64,000 nucleotides of DNA from Betaproteobacteria bacterium (GCA_016192825.1 JACPTK010000004.1:2905-66904), one strand, 5' to 3'. Shown: positions 52,102 to 61,815, counted from the first letter of the stretch. Notes: generated from the letters alone by a model not told the origin. A program made the numbers and translations.

Positions 52102-52308
52102 AAGGCGAAGCGGCTCATTCCGCCGTCGACCGGCGTCACGGTGCCGGTAATATACCGCCTCCCGCGCGAGCCCCTCGAGCAGGTTGACGCGCCGCGCGGC
52201 GACGGCGGGCTTCACGCCTCCGCGCGCGAGGCCCAGCGCGATAGCGCGCCCGATGCCGCGCGAGGCGCCGGTGGCGAGGGCGGCGCGGGATTCAAGTTGA
52301 AGGTCCAT
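52099..52308 (-). pseudogene. Short-chain dehydrogenase/reductase remnant with a large internal deletion
   Basis: The N-terminus MDLQLESRAALATGASRGIGRAIALGLARGG.. (about 50 aa) is joined out of frame directly to an SDR C-terminal motif YITGTVTPVDGGM. The catalytic core is missing. Confidence 0.6.
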
Positions 52309-52320
52309 ATGTTGAAAGGC

Positions 52321-52348
52321 GTGACTGGTGACTGGTGATTGGTGGATT
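52321..52348 (+). repeat. Heptamer array GTGACTG x2, GTGATTG, GTGGATT
   Basis: Four units. It is the reverse-orientation, phase-shifted relative of the GTCACCA arrays. Confidence 0.8.
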
Positions 52349-52494
52349 ATACGGCCTCGTGCGGGCAGCGCGCCTCCCGAAGTTTGATGACCAAGGCGCA
52401 ATGGTTACGGGATGCGATGCGGGTCCGGCCCAGCCGATTGTCATCCGGCAATACCGCCCTTAGAATGAGTTATTGATCCGTCAAGAGACTCGAC

Positions 52495-53274
52495 ATGGAC
52501 TTCGAGACCATAATCTACCGGGAAGAAGAGCCGATCGGCTGGCTGACCCTGAACCGTCCCGACGACGGCAACATGTTCACGCCGACCATGTGTCACGAGA
52601 TTCGCGACTGCATCAACGCGGTGCGGCAGGAGACGCGTACGCGCGTGCTGGTGGTCACCGGGGCCGGCGACAGATTTTTCTGCATAGGCGGGCGCAAGGA
52701 GGGCATGGAGGATACGACACTCCATGCCGGCATGCTGCCGACGCTGGAAATCTACGAGAGCATAGAACGGCTGCAAAAACCGGTGATTGCCTCGGTCAAC
52801 GGCTACGCGGTGGGCGGCGGCCAGGTGCTGCAGGTGATGTGCGACATCACGATTGCGAAGGAGAGCGCAGTGTTTCGGCAGGTCGGGCCGATGATGGGTA
52901 GTTTCGACGCGGGTTACGGCACCTGGTACCTTGAAGACCTGGTCGGCAAAAAGAAGGCAAAGGAGATATGGTTCGCCAATCCGCGGTTAACCGCGCGCGA
53001 GGCGCTGGCGATCGGTCTCATCAATAAGGTCGTGCCCGACGACAAGCTGGGGGAAGAGACGCGCAAGATGGCGCTCGAGATCGCCGAGCGCGGCGCGTTC
53101 GCGCTGGCGGCCCTCAAAGCGGCGTTCACCGCGCGCCATGGCGGGGTGTCAGGGCTCGCGCGCATGTCGCACGACCTGCTGCTGCGGCTGTACCTTGACT
53201 CCGAGGAATCGCGGGAACTGGGCGAGGCGTTTGGCAGCAAACGCAAGCCCGACCCGAAAAAGTTTGGGCATTGA
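52495..53274 (+). CDS. Crotonase-superfamily enzyme of the MenB/BadI subfamily (2-ketocyclohexanecarboxyl-CoA hydrolase-like)
   Basis: 259 aa. MenB/BadI-type blocks: KPVIASVNGYAVGGGQVLQVMCDITIA, FRQVGPMMGSFDAGYG, GKKKAKEIW, C-terminal EESRELGEAFGSKRKP. Confidence 0.8.
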   Translation: MDFETIIYREEEPIGWLTLNRPDDGNMFTPTMCHEIRDCINAVRQETRTRVLVVTGAGDRFFCIGGRKEGMEDTTLHAGMLPTLEIYESIERLQKPVIASVNGYAVGGGQVLQVMCDITIAKESAVFRQVGPMMGSFDAGYGTWYLEDLVGKKKAKEIWFANPRLTAREALAIGLINKVVPDDKLGEETRKMALEIAERGAFALAALKAAFTARHGGVSGLARMSHDLLLRLYLDSEESRELGEAFGSKRKPDPKKFGH

Positions 53275-54977
53275 CGGGGCTCGCTTTGAGCACGCTGCTC
53301 ACGCTGCACGACCCGCAGACCGCACGCCGCTATTACGAGGCCGGGTACTGGTGCGAGGACACGCTGTATACGCGACTCGCGCACCATGCGCGGAAGCGTC
53401 CCGACGCATACGCGCTGCGCGACAGCCGGCGCCGTCTCACGTGGTCGGGGCTGCTCGCATGGGTGGATGCGCTAGCGTTCGATTTCCACAGGACGGGGCT
53501 CAAGCGCGGGCAGCGCGTGTCGGTCTGGCTGCCGAATCGCGCCGAAGCGGCCGTCGTGCTGCTTGCGTGCTCCCGGAATGGTTACGTATGCAATCCATCG
53601 CTGCACCAGAACTATACGGTGGGCGAGGTCGTGGCGCTCCTGGAGCGCATCCAAAGCGCGGCGTTGTTCGCGCAGCCCGGCTACGGAGCTGATGCCGATC
53701 GCGCGGACATCTTCATTGCGGCGAAGGCGCTGCCGGCGATGAGGCGCCTCTATTGCCTGGATGCGGCGGCAATCCGTAACCCGGTGATGCCGGGGGTCGC
53801 CACTTTCCCCGAGCAGGGTGCTGCGGTTGACACCCTGGCCCTGCCCGAAGTGGATGCCAATCCCGACAAGGTCTGTTATCTCGCGTTCACTTCCGGTACG
53901 ACGGGTCTGCCCAAAGGCGTGATGCACTCGGACAACACGCTGCTTGCAAACGGCCGGGCAATGGTGCGCGACTGGCGTCATGGCGAGCGCACGGTGATCT
54001 ACAGCATGAGCCCGCTGTCGCACCACATCGCGACGGTGGCCATCGAGCAGAGTCTGGTCGCGGGATTCGAGTTGGTGGTGAACGACTTGCCCGGCGGCAG
54101 GAAGCCGCTCGACTGGATTGTCGAGACCGGCGCGACGTACGTGATGGGCGTGCCCACCCACGGCATCGATATCCTCGCGGACATGAAACGGCGCGGCTTG
54201 ACGAAGCTGGGCAATGTCACCGTGTTTTACATGGCTGGATCCGTTATCCCGCCGGAGACGGCAAGAGCCTTCCTCGACATGGGGATCAAGCCGCAGAACA
54301 TCTATGGCATGACCGAGAACGGCTCCCATCAGTACACGCTGCCCGACGATGATGCACGAATCGTGACCACGACGTGCGGCAAGGCTTGCCACGGCTACGA
54401 GACACGGCTGTGGGACCAGGAGAACCCCGATATGGAAGCGAAACCCGGCGAGATCGGTGAGATCGGCACCCGTGGCGCGCTACTCACGCTAGGCTACTTC
54501 GATAACCAGGCCGCGACTGAGGCTTCGTTCAATCGCAGCGGCTGGTTCATGAGCGGGGACCTGGGGCGCTTCGACGCGAATGGCAATCTCCAGATCGTCG
54601 GCCGCAAGAAGGACCTGATCATCCGCGGCGGATACAACGTTCACCCGGCGCGCATCGAGAACCTGGCGTTGAAGCATCCCGCGGTATTGAAGGCTGCGGC
54701 ATTTCCGGTCGCCGATGCGCGGCTCGGCGAGCGCGTGTGCCTGGCCGTAATAGCGCGCGAAGGCGCCGGCGTGGACGCCGATGAATTGCTCTCGCATCTT
54801 GCCGGCGCCGGGCTTTCGAAATACGACATGCCCGAATACTTCATCACGCTGGATGCGTTCCCCCTCACGGCGAGCGGCAAGATACTCAAGCGCGAGCTGG
54901 TGGAATGGACCAAGAGCGGCAGGATCAGGCCTGCGCAAGTGCGCTGGGTGGCCGATAGGGCGAAACACGAGACATGA
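53271..54977 (+). CDS. AMP-forming acyl-CoA synthetase (cyclohexanecarboxylate-CoA ligase AliA-like)
   Basis: 568 aa with AMP-binding motifs (LAFTSGTTGLPKGVMH, YGMTE, SGDLGRFDANGNLQIVGRKKD). The TTG start overlaps the upstream stop. Confidence 0.85.
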   Translation: MTGLALSTLLTLHDPQTARRYYEAGYWCEDTLYTRLAHHARKRPDAYALRDSRRRLTWSGLLAWVDALAFDFHRTGLKRGQRVSVWLPNRAEAAVVLLACSRNGYVCNPSLHQNYTVGEVVALLERIQSAALFAQPGYGADADRADIFIAAKALPAMRRLYCLDAAAIRNPVMPGVATFPEQGAAVDTLALPEVDANPDKVCYLAFTSGTTGLPKGVMHSDNTLLANGRAMVRDWRHGERTVIYSMSPLSHHIATVAIEQSLVAGFELVVNDLPGGRKPLDWIVETGATYVMGVPTHGIDILADMKRRGLTKLGNVTVFYMAGSVIPPETARAFLDMGIKPQNIYGMTENGSHQYTLPDDDARIVTTTCGKACHGYETRLWDQENPDMEAKPGEIGEIGTRGALLTLGYFDNQAATEASFNRSGWFMSGDLGRFDANGNLQIVGRKKDLIIRGGYNVHPARIENLALKHPAVLKAAAFPVADARLGERVCLAVIAREGAGVDADELLSHLAGAGLSKYDMPEYFITLDAFPLTASGKILKRELVEWTKSGRIRPAQVRWVADRAKHET

Positions 54978-54984
54978 GACGGGA

Positions 54985-55752
54985 ATGGCGATCGAGCTGA
55001 CACGGGTCGACGAATTCGCGCTGATCACGCTGAACCGACCAGAGGCGCTGAATGCGCTTTCGTTCTCCCTGATCCGCGACCTCGGGCGCGCGCTTGACGA
55101 GGTCGCTGCGGGTGAAGCGCGTGGGCTCATCATTACCGGTGCGGGCGTAAAGGCGTTCTGCGCGGGCGCCGACATCAAGGAGCTGACGGGCCGCTCGATG
55201 ATGCCGCAGAGGGCGGGCGCCGAGCTCGGGCAGGCGACGTTTGCAAAGCTCGATCGCTTGCCGGTGCCATCGGTGGCGGTCATCAACGGCTACGCATTCG
55301 GCGGCGGGCTTGAGCTTGCGCTCGCCTGCACCTTCCGGATCGCCACGCGCAACGCAAAGATGGGGCTGCCTGAAATCAAGCTCGGGCTCATTCCAGGCTA
55401 CGGCGGCACGCAGCGGTTGCCGCGTCTCGTTGGCGAAGCGCGTGCGCTGGAGATGATCATGACCGGCCGCACGGTAGACGCCGAAGAAGCGCACCGCATC
55501 GGACTCGTGAACCGGATGGTGGATGGCGACCCGGTGGCGCAGGGCGTCGCGTTCGCTCGCGGGTTCGCAGAATACAGCCGGCCGGTGCTGGCGCTTGCGC
55601 GCGACGCGGCGACCCGAGCGCTCGACGTGCCGCTCACCGAGGGCCTCAAGGTCGAGGCGGACCTCTCGACGCTCGCATTTCAGACGAAGGACGCGGCCGA
55701 GGGCATGGCGGCGTTCATCGATAAGCGCAAGCCGAAGTTCAGGGATGAATAA
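54985..55752 (+). CDS. Enoyl-CoA hydratase (BadK-like)
   Basis: 255 aa from ATG 54985. Crotonase motifs: AFCAGADIKE, INGYAFGGGLELALACTFRIA, GLPEIKLGLIPGYGGTQRL. Confidence 0.88.
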   Translation: MAIELTRVDEFALITLNRPEALNALSFSLIRDLGRALDEVAAGEARGLIITGAGVKAFCAGADIKELTGRSMMPQRAGAELGQATFAKLDRLPVPSVAVINGYAFGGGLELALACTFRIATRNAKMGLPEIKLGLIPGYGGTQRLPRLVGEARALEMIMTGRTVDAEEAHRIGLVNRMVDGDPVAQGVAFARGFAEYSRPVLALARDAATRALDVPLTEGLKVEADLSTLAFQTKDAAEGMAAFIDKRKPKFRDE

Positions 55753-55755
55753 CGG

Positions 55756-56490
55756 GTGCAGGGCAAGACCATTGCCGTAACCGGGGCAAGCCGCGGCATC
55801 GGCGCGGCGATCGCCCTGGAGCTCGCGCAGCGCGGATTCACCGTGGCCTGCCTGACGCGCAAGGGTGCGGGGGCCGAAGCCGCGGGCGTGCCTGCGGAGC
55901 GCGTGATCGACGTGCAATGCGACGTGACCGACGAAGCCAGCGTGAAGCGCGCCTTCTCCGAGACTGTGACAAGAGCCGGAGGACTCCACGGGCTGGTCAA
56001 CAACGCGGGTATCCACATCGATGCGCCCAGCCATGAGATGTCTACCGACACCTACGAGCAAGTGATGGCGACCAACGCAACGGCCGTATTCGCGGCGTGC
56101 CGCGAGGCATACCCCCACCTCGTGCGAGCGGGCGGCGGCGTGATCGTCAACATCGGCTCGTTTTTCGACCGGATCGGCGTCAAGCGTAATCTCGCCTATT
56201 GCGCGTCAAAGGCCGCCGTGGGGGCAATCACGCGGTGCCTTGCGGTGGAATGGGCGGGCAAAGGGGTGCGGGTGCTGGACGTCGCGCCCGGTTACATCGA
56301 GACCGACCTCAATCGCGACACGCTCGCGAGCGGGCCGCTGCGCGACTTCCTGGCGAAGCGGATTCCCGGCGGCAGGACCGGCTCGACGCGCGACGTGGCG
56401 CGGCTCGTCGCGGCGATCTTCAGCGAAGACATTCCGTTTCTGACCGGCGAGACGATCTATCTCGACGGCGGCCAGGGCATCGCGCACTAG
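55756..56490 (+). CDS. Short-chain dehydrogenase/reductase (BadH-like 2-hydroxyacyl-CoA dehydrogenase candidate)
   Basis: 244 aa with GTG start. Motifs: TGASRGIGAAIA, NNAG, YCASKAAV. Confidence 0.85.
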   Translation: MQGKTIAVTGASRGIGAAIALELAQRGFTVACLTRKGAGAEAAGVPAERVIDVQCDVTDEASVKRAFSETVTRAGGLHGLVNNAGIHIDAPSHEMSTDTYEQVMATNATAVFAACREAYPHLVRAGGGVIVNIGSFFDRIGVKRNLAYCASKAAVGAITRCLAVEWAGKGVRVLDVAPGYIETDLNRDTLASGPLRDFLAKRIPGGRTGSTRDVARLVAAIFSEDIPFLTGETIYLDGGQGIAH

Positions 56491-56496
56491 GATCCC

Positions 56497-57663
56497 ATGA
56501 GCGTATTCGACCGGCTTGATGCGGGCGTTCCCCTGTCCAGCGAAGAGCGCATGCTGCTCGAGAGCGTACGGCAGCTCGCGCGCGACGCGATTGCGCCGCG
56601 CGCCGAGCACTATGACAGGACCGGCGAGTTCCCGTTCGATAACATTGATAAAATCAATGTATTGGGGTTGAACGGGGTGTTTATCCCCGAGGCTTACGGC
56701 GGCGCGCCGCTGTCGTATGCCGCCTATCTTGCGTGCGTGCGGGAGCTCAGCAGGGCGTGCGCTTCCACCGGCGCCATCTGGGCGACCAACTTCCACGCGA
56801 TCAAGCCGCTGATCGACTTCGGGACCGAGGACCAGAGGAAACGGCTCCTGCCGGTGATCGCAAAGGGCGGATTGGCATCGCTCGTCATCACCGAGCCCAC
56901 GGCGGGATCCGATGCGACCGGCATGAAGACGACGTTTCGGCCCGACGGCGACGCGATCGTCGTCAACGGCACGAAGACCTTCATCACCAACGGGGCGCAT
57001 GCCGATCTTTACCTTGTCTTCGGCAAGTGGAGCGGGATCGATGACGGCAAGGCGGCGATCTCCACATTGGTGGTCGAGAAGGGCGCGGCGGGGCTCAAGG
57101 TGGGGCGCGAGGAGGACAAAATGGGTCTCCGGGCCTCCAGCACTGCGGGGCTCGCGTTCGACAACTGCCGGGTTCCCCGCGCGAACCTGCTCCGTGAGCC
57201 GGGCGAGGGGTTGAAGATCCTGCTGGCATCGCTCAACAAATCGCGTCCGAGCATCGCGGCCCATGCACTCGGCATCGCGCGTGCGGCATTCGAGGATGCG
57301 GTGGCCTATATCAACCAGCGCAGGCAGTCGGGGCGGCGAATCGTCGAGTTCCAGGGCATCCAGTTCATGCTCGCGGACATGGCGACCGAGCTTGCGCAAT
57401 GCGAGGCGTGGCTATGGTACGTGGCGCGGCTGGTGGATTCCGGCGCGACCGACTTCGGCATCGAGGCCTCGATGCTCAAGCTGCGCGCCTCCGATCTCGC
57501 GATGCGGATTGCGACCGATGCGGTGCAACTGCACGGCGGCTACGGTTACTGCAAGGACTACCGCGTCGAGCGGCTGATGCGGGATGCCAAGATTACGCAA
57601 ATCTGGGAAGGCACGAACCAGATCCACCGCCAGCTGATCGGCCGCAGCTTCATAAGAAAGTGA
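56497..57663 (+). CDS. Acyl-CoA dehydrogenase (AliB-like)
   Basis: 388 aa with ACAD blocks (TEPTAGSDATGM, QLHGGYGYCKDYRVERLMRDAKITQIWEGTNQI). Confidence 0.92.
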   Translation: MSVFDRLDAGVPLSSEERMLLESVRQLARDAIAPRAEHYDRTGEFPFDNIDKINVLGLNGVFIPEAYGGAPLSYAAYLACVRELSRACASTGAIWATNFHAIKPLIDFGTEDQRKRLLPVIAKGGLASLVITEPTAGSDATGMKTTFRPDGDAIVVNGTKTFITNGAHADLYLVFGKWSGIDDGKAAISTLVVEKGAAGLKVGREEDKMGLRASSTAGLAFDNCRVPRANLLREPGEGLKILLASLNKSRPSIAAHALGIARAAFEDAVAYINQRRQSGRRIVEFQGIQFMLADMATELAQCEAWLWYVARLVDSGATDFGIEASMLKLRASDLAMRIATDAVQLHGGYGYCKDYRVERLMRDAKITQIWEGTNQIHRQLIGRSFIRK

Positions 57664-57737
57664 AAGCAGGAACGCGTGTCATTGGAACGATCACTTCCAC
57701 CCGCCGAAGGAGGACGTCATGCACTTAACCTTGCGTC

Positions 57738-58136
57738 GTGTCGCTGGTGAGCGGCGAGACTTCGATGCTGTTCGCCACGATCCCTTCGGCAATCCAGCAC
57801 ATCCAGGCGGGAAGGCTGCGCGGCCTGGCGGTCAGCCGGGCGAAGCGCAGTTCCGCGCTTCCCGACATCCCGACGGTTGCCGAGGCGGGCGTTCCCGGCT
57901 ATGAGGCGATCGAATGGAACGGCGGCATGGTCCCGGCCGGCACCCCTCAGGCTGTCATCCGGCGAATTCACGCATCGCTTTCCAAGGTGCTGTCGATGCC
58001 CGCCATAAGCGAACGTATCGTCGGATTGGGTGCGGAGCCGGTGGGAAGCTCGCCGGCAGAATTCGCCGCATTCATCAAAAGCGAGCTCGCCACGTGGTCG
58101 AAAGTGATCAAAGAAGTGGGAATTTCCATCGAGTGA
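57738..58136 (+). pseudogene. 5'-truncated Bug/TctC-family gene (C-terminal third only)
   Basis: Homology starts abruptly at ..LVSGETSMLFATIPSAIQHIQAGRLRGLAVS..LPDIPTVAEAG, 3 codons after an in-frame stop. About 200 N-terminal residues and the signal peptide are absent. Confidence 0.65.
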
Positions 58137-59014
58137 TGACAACAGCAATCAAGACCGTGGGAGTTGCGGGCAGCGGCACGATGGGCGCGGGAATCGCCAT
58201 CGTTGCCGCGCGCGCCGGCTTCAAGACCATCATCTATGACGTGCGCGAGGAGGCGCTGTCCCGTGCGCGCAAGCAGACCGAGGGATTTTTCGCGAAATCG
58301 GTCGAGCGGAAAAAGCTCACGCAGCCGCAGGTGGACAAGATCATCGGCGATCTCACCGGCACGACCCGCATCGCGGAGCTTGCGGCGTGCGATATCGTGA
58401 TCGAGGCGGTGTTCGAGGACCTGAAGGTGAAGCACGCGCTGCTCGGAGAGCTGGACAAGGTCTGTCCGGCGCACACTCTGTTCGCGTCCAACACGTCCAC
58501 CCTGTCGATCACCGAGATCGCCGCCGGCTCCGGGCGCGACGAACGTGTCGTCGGCATGCATTTCTGCCTGCCGGCGCAGCTGATGAAGCTCGTGGAAATG
58601 TCGCCGGGCATCCGCACCGGCGATGACGCATTTCGCGCGGCGTGGGAATTCTGCATGGCGCTGGGCCAGATCCCGGTCAGGACCAAGGACAATCCGGGAT
58701 TCATCCTCAATTACTTTTTGGTGCCGTTCAACAACGATGCCATCCGGCTGGTGGAGGCGGGCGTCGCCGCGCCGGCCGATATCGACCGCGCGGTGAAGAG
58801 CGGCCTCGGCTACCCGATGGGGCCGCTCGAGCTGCTCGATCTCGTCGGGCTCGACACGCACCTGCTGGTCGCCGAGGCGCTTTACGCGTCGACCCACGAG
58901 CCGCGCACGGCGGTACCGGCGCTGGTGAAGCGCATGATCGCGGCGGGCCACTTGGGCCGAAAGACCGGGCGGGGGTTCTACACCTACCAAGGCAACGCGA
59001 TGTTCGGAGGATGA
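58136..59014 (+). CDS. 3-hydroxyacyl-CoA (3-hydroxybutyryl-CoA type) dehydrogenase
   Basis: 292 aa. The ATG overlaps the upstream TGA (TGATG). Motifs: VGVAGSGTMGAGIA, SNTSTLSITE, GMHFC.P, NPGFILNY, GYPMGPLELLDLVGLD. Confidence 0.9.
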   Translation: MTTAIKTVGVAGSGTMGAGIAIVAARAGFKTIIYDVREEALSRARKQTEGFFAKSVERKKLTQPQVDKIIGDLTGTTRIAELAACDIVIEAVFEDLKVKHALLGELDKVCPAHTLFASNTSTLSITEIAAGSGRDERVVGMHFCLPAQLMKLVEMSPGIRTGDDAFRAAWEFCMALGQIPVRTKDNPGFILNYFLVPFNNDAIRLVEAGVAAPADIDRAVKSGLGYPMGPLELLDLVGLDTHLLVAEALYASTHEPRTAVPALVKRMIAAGHLGRKTGRGFYTYQGNAMFGG

Positions 59015-59048
59015 ACGCTCCGCGTTCATCCTTAATGGGAAAACGGAA

Positions 59049-59690
59049 ATGAAATATCAAATCATTCACGCCGGCGAAAGTCGGTCGTTTGCCGATGACC
59101 ATCCGTTGGTCGCGGGTGCGGCAGAAAGCGGGGAAATTGCGGTCGTCATCGGTACGATGGCAGGGACGGTCTTCACGGAACTTGTTGATCGTGGGCGCAA
59201 GCTCGCGATACTGATCGAGCTCGGGACCGAATGCCTGGGCGCGCATACGGGCGAATCGCGCGGCGAGGAAGGCTCCAACGTGCTGGGATTCGCCCGTTTC
59301 CGCCTCGGCGACGCCGATCCCTCGAATCTCGTGGAGCTGGTGCGCCAGCCGCGCACGACCGAAGCCGCGCTTGCCGCCGCAAAACAGGTGCTGGAGGGCG
59401 CCGGCCTTCAGGTCGCTGTATGCGCCGACTTCGCCGGACGCATCATCGACCGGCTCGTGCGGCCATACTACAACGCGGCGCTCAGGCGGCTCGACGAAGG
59501 ACTGGCGACCGCTGACGATCTCGACACGACGCTGAAACTGGGCCTGGGCTACCCCGAAGGCCCCATCGCGCTGCTGGAGCGCACGGGCCTCAGCCATCAC
59601 TTCCATGTCACGCAGGCGCTCTACGAGGCTTACGGCGATCCGGCCTACGCGCCCGCCCGACGCGCGCATGTCGCGAAACAGAGGGGATAG
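59049..59690 (+). CDS. 3-hydroxyacyl-CoA dehydrogenase-like protein lacking a recognisable N-terminal dinucleotide-binding motif
   Basis: 213 aa. The C-terminal two thirds align by eye with HADH (FAGRIIDRLVRPYYN.A.RRLDEGLATADDLD...KLGLGYPEGPIALLERTGL). The N-terminus has no GxGxxG. Confidence 0.55.
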   Translation: MKYQIIHAGESRSFADDHPLVAGAAESGEIAVVIGTMAGTVFTELVDRGRKLAILIELGTECLGAHTGESRGEEGSNVLGFARFRLGDADPSNLVELVRQPRTTEAALAAAKQVLEGAGLQVAVCADFAGRIIDRLVRPYYNAALRRLDEGLATADDLDTTLKLGLGYPEGPIALLERTGLSHHFHVTQALYEAYGDPAYAPARRAHVAKQRG

Positions 59691-59695
59691 GACCC

Positions 59696-60805
59696 ATGCA
59701 ACCACTCGAAGGCGTGCGCGTTCTCGACTTCGGCACGCTGTTGCCGGGGCCGCTCGCGACGTTGATCCTCGCCGAAGCCGGCGCGGAAGTCATCAAGATC
59801 GAGCGTCCCGGCCGCGGCGACGAGATGCGCTCGTACGAGCCCAAATTCGGCGCTGACAGTGTCAACTTCGCGCTGCTGAATCGCGGTAAACGCAGCATCG
59901 CGATCGATCTCAAGGCGCCGGGCGCAGTGGACAGGCTCGCGCCGCTCATCGTGGGCGCGGACGTAGTGGTGGAGCAGTTCCGGCCGGGCGTCATGGACCG
60001 GTTGGGCCTGGGGTACGAGGTTCTGAGGAACATCAACCCGCGCCTTATCTACTGCGCGATCACCGGCTACGGCCAGCACGGGCCCCGCAAGGATGTCGCA
60101 GCGCACGACCTCAACTACGTGGCCGAGGCAGGCATGCTGTCGCTTGCGGCGGGCGCGGATGGCGCGCCGGTGCCGCCGGCGGCGTTGGTTGCCGACATCG
60201 GCGGCGGGACCTACCCCGCGGTCATCAACATCCTGCTCGCCCTGCGGAACCGCGAGCGCACCGGCGAGGGCTGCAAGCTCGACCTCGCAATGGCCGATAA
60301 CCTGTTCACGTTCCTGTACTGGGCGCTCGGAAACGGGCTCGCCGCGGGCGAATGGCCGAAGCCCGGCAGCGATCTCGTAACCGGCGGCAGCCCGCGCTAT
60401 AACGTCTACCGTAGCAAGGACGGCAAGTTCATCGCCGCCGCGCCGCTCGAGCAGAAGTTCTGGGAGAACTTCTGCGATGCGATCGGGCTTCCGCCGGCGC
60501 TGCGCGATGATGCTCCGGATCCCGCCGCCACGAAGCGGGCCGTGGCGGAGATCATCCGCGGGAAATCGGCGGCAGAGTGGCGCAGCCGCTTCGAGCGCCG
60601 CGACGTCTGCTGCTCGGTGATGGCGAGCATCGAAGAGGCGCTGCGCGATGCGCACTTTGCGGCGCGCGGGGTGTTCGCGCGCAAGCTCGTGGCCGGCGGC
60701 GAGACCATTACCGCCCTGCCGGTGCCGGTGGCGGAGATCTTCCGTCCGCGCGGGACTGAAGCGGGATATCCGGCGCTTGGCGAAGCGAATTCCCTGATGA
60801 AGTAA
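59696..60805 (+). CDS. Family III CoA-transferase (CaiB/BaiF), alpha-methylacyl-CoA racemase-like
   Basis: 369 aa. Motifs: GVRVLDFGTLLPGPLATLILAEAGAEVIKIE, EQFRPGVMDRLGLGYE, ITGYGQHGP...AAHDLNY. Confidence 0.85.
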   Translation: MQPLEGVRVLDFGTLLPGPLATLILAEAGAEVIKIERPGRGDEMRSYEPKFGADSVNFALLNRGKRSIAIDLKAPGAVDRLAPLIVGADVVVEQFRPGVMDRLGLGYEVLRNINPRLIYCAITGYGQHGPRKDVAAHDLNYVAEAGMLSLAAGADGAPVPPAALVADIGGGTYPAVINILLALRNRERTGEGCKLDLAMADNLFTFLYWALGNGLAAGEWPKPGSDLVTGGSPRYNVYRSKDGKFIAAAPLEQKFWENFCDAIGLPPALRDDAPDPAATKRAVAEIIRGKSAAEWRSRFERRDVCCSVMASIEEALRDAHFAARGVFARKLVAGGETITALPVPVAEIFRPRGTEAGYPALGEANSLMK

Positions 60806-61815
60806 TGGCGGCGGAGAAACCGGTGCGCGCGTTGGTGGTGAAAGAACACGGCCCGATCGAAAACGTGGCGCTCAGCGATATTCCCGACCCTCGTCCGGGC
60901 AGGGCCGCGGTACTGATCGACGTGCGCGCGGCCAGCGTCAACTTCCCCGACTTGCTGGTCATTGGCGGGACCTATCAGAATCTTCCGCCGCGGCCGTTCG
61001 TGCCGGGCAAGGACCTCGCCGGTGTCGTCGCCGCGGTGGGCGAGGGCGTGACGCTGGTGAAAGCTGGCGACCGCGTGATGGCGCAGATCGAGCACGGCGC
61101 TTACGCCGAGCGCTGTGTGGTGCCCGAGCAGAACTGCTCCGTGATGCCGGCGGGCATGAGCTACGCGGAAGGCGCCGCGATGGGGCTCGCCTATCTCACC
61201 GCGCATTTTGCGCTGGTGGAACGCGCGGGCTGCCGGGCCGGCGAGACCGTGCTCGTGACGGGCGCTGCTGGCGGCGTCGGGCTCGCCGCGGTGCAGGTGG
61301 CAAAGGCGCTCGGCGCAACGGTGGTCGCGGCCGTGAGCTCGGCGGAGAAGGCCGCAGTAGCGAAGACCTCCGGCGCCGACCATGTCGTGCGCACTGACGT
61401 ACCCGACCTGCGCGAGACGTTCCGCACGCAGGTATTCGACGCCGTCGGGAAGCGCGGCGTGGATATCGTGATCGATCCCGTCGGCGGCAACGTATTCGAC
61501 GCCAGCCTGCGCGCGGTTGGCTGGTGTGGACGCATCGTCATCGTCGGTTTCGCCGAAGGGCGCGTCCCCGAGATCAAGACCGGGCTCGTCCTCGTGAAAA
61601 ACATCGCGCTGATCGGGCTGCAAGTCAGCGATTACCGCGACCGCGAGCCCGCGAAGGTGCGCCGCGTGCTGGCCGAACTTTTCGCCTGGTACCAGCAGGG
61701 CAAGGTGAAACCGCACGTGATGGCGCGCTTTCCATTGCACGAGCACCGCGCGGCGCTTGCGGCCGTGCGCGACCGCAGGGTGGTGGGCAAGGTGGTGCTC
61801 GTGATGCGCGATTGA
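60805..61815 (+). CDS. Zinc-free MDR NADPH:quinone oxidoreductase family protein
   Basis: 336 aa. Motifs: VNFPDLL.IGGTYQ, VLVTGAAGGVGLAAVQVAKALGA. Confidence 0.82.
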   Translation: MAAEKPVRALVVKEHGPIENVALSDIPDPRPGRAAVLIDVRAASVNFPDLLVIGGTYQNLPPRPFVPGKDLAGVVAAVGEGVTLVKAGDRVMAQIEHGAYAERCVVPEQNCSVMPAGMSYAEGAAMGLAYLTAHFALVERAGCRAGETVLVTGAAGGVGLAAVQVAKALGATVVAAVSSAEKAAVAKTSGADHVVRTDVPDLRETFRTQVFDAVGKRGVDIVIDPVGGNVFDASLRAVGWCGRIVIVGFAEGRVPEIKTGLVLVKNIALIGLQVSDYRDREPAKVRRVLAELFAWYQQGKVKPHVMARFPLHEHRAALAAVRDRRVVGKVVLVMRD

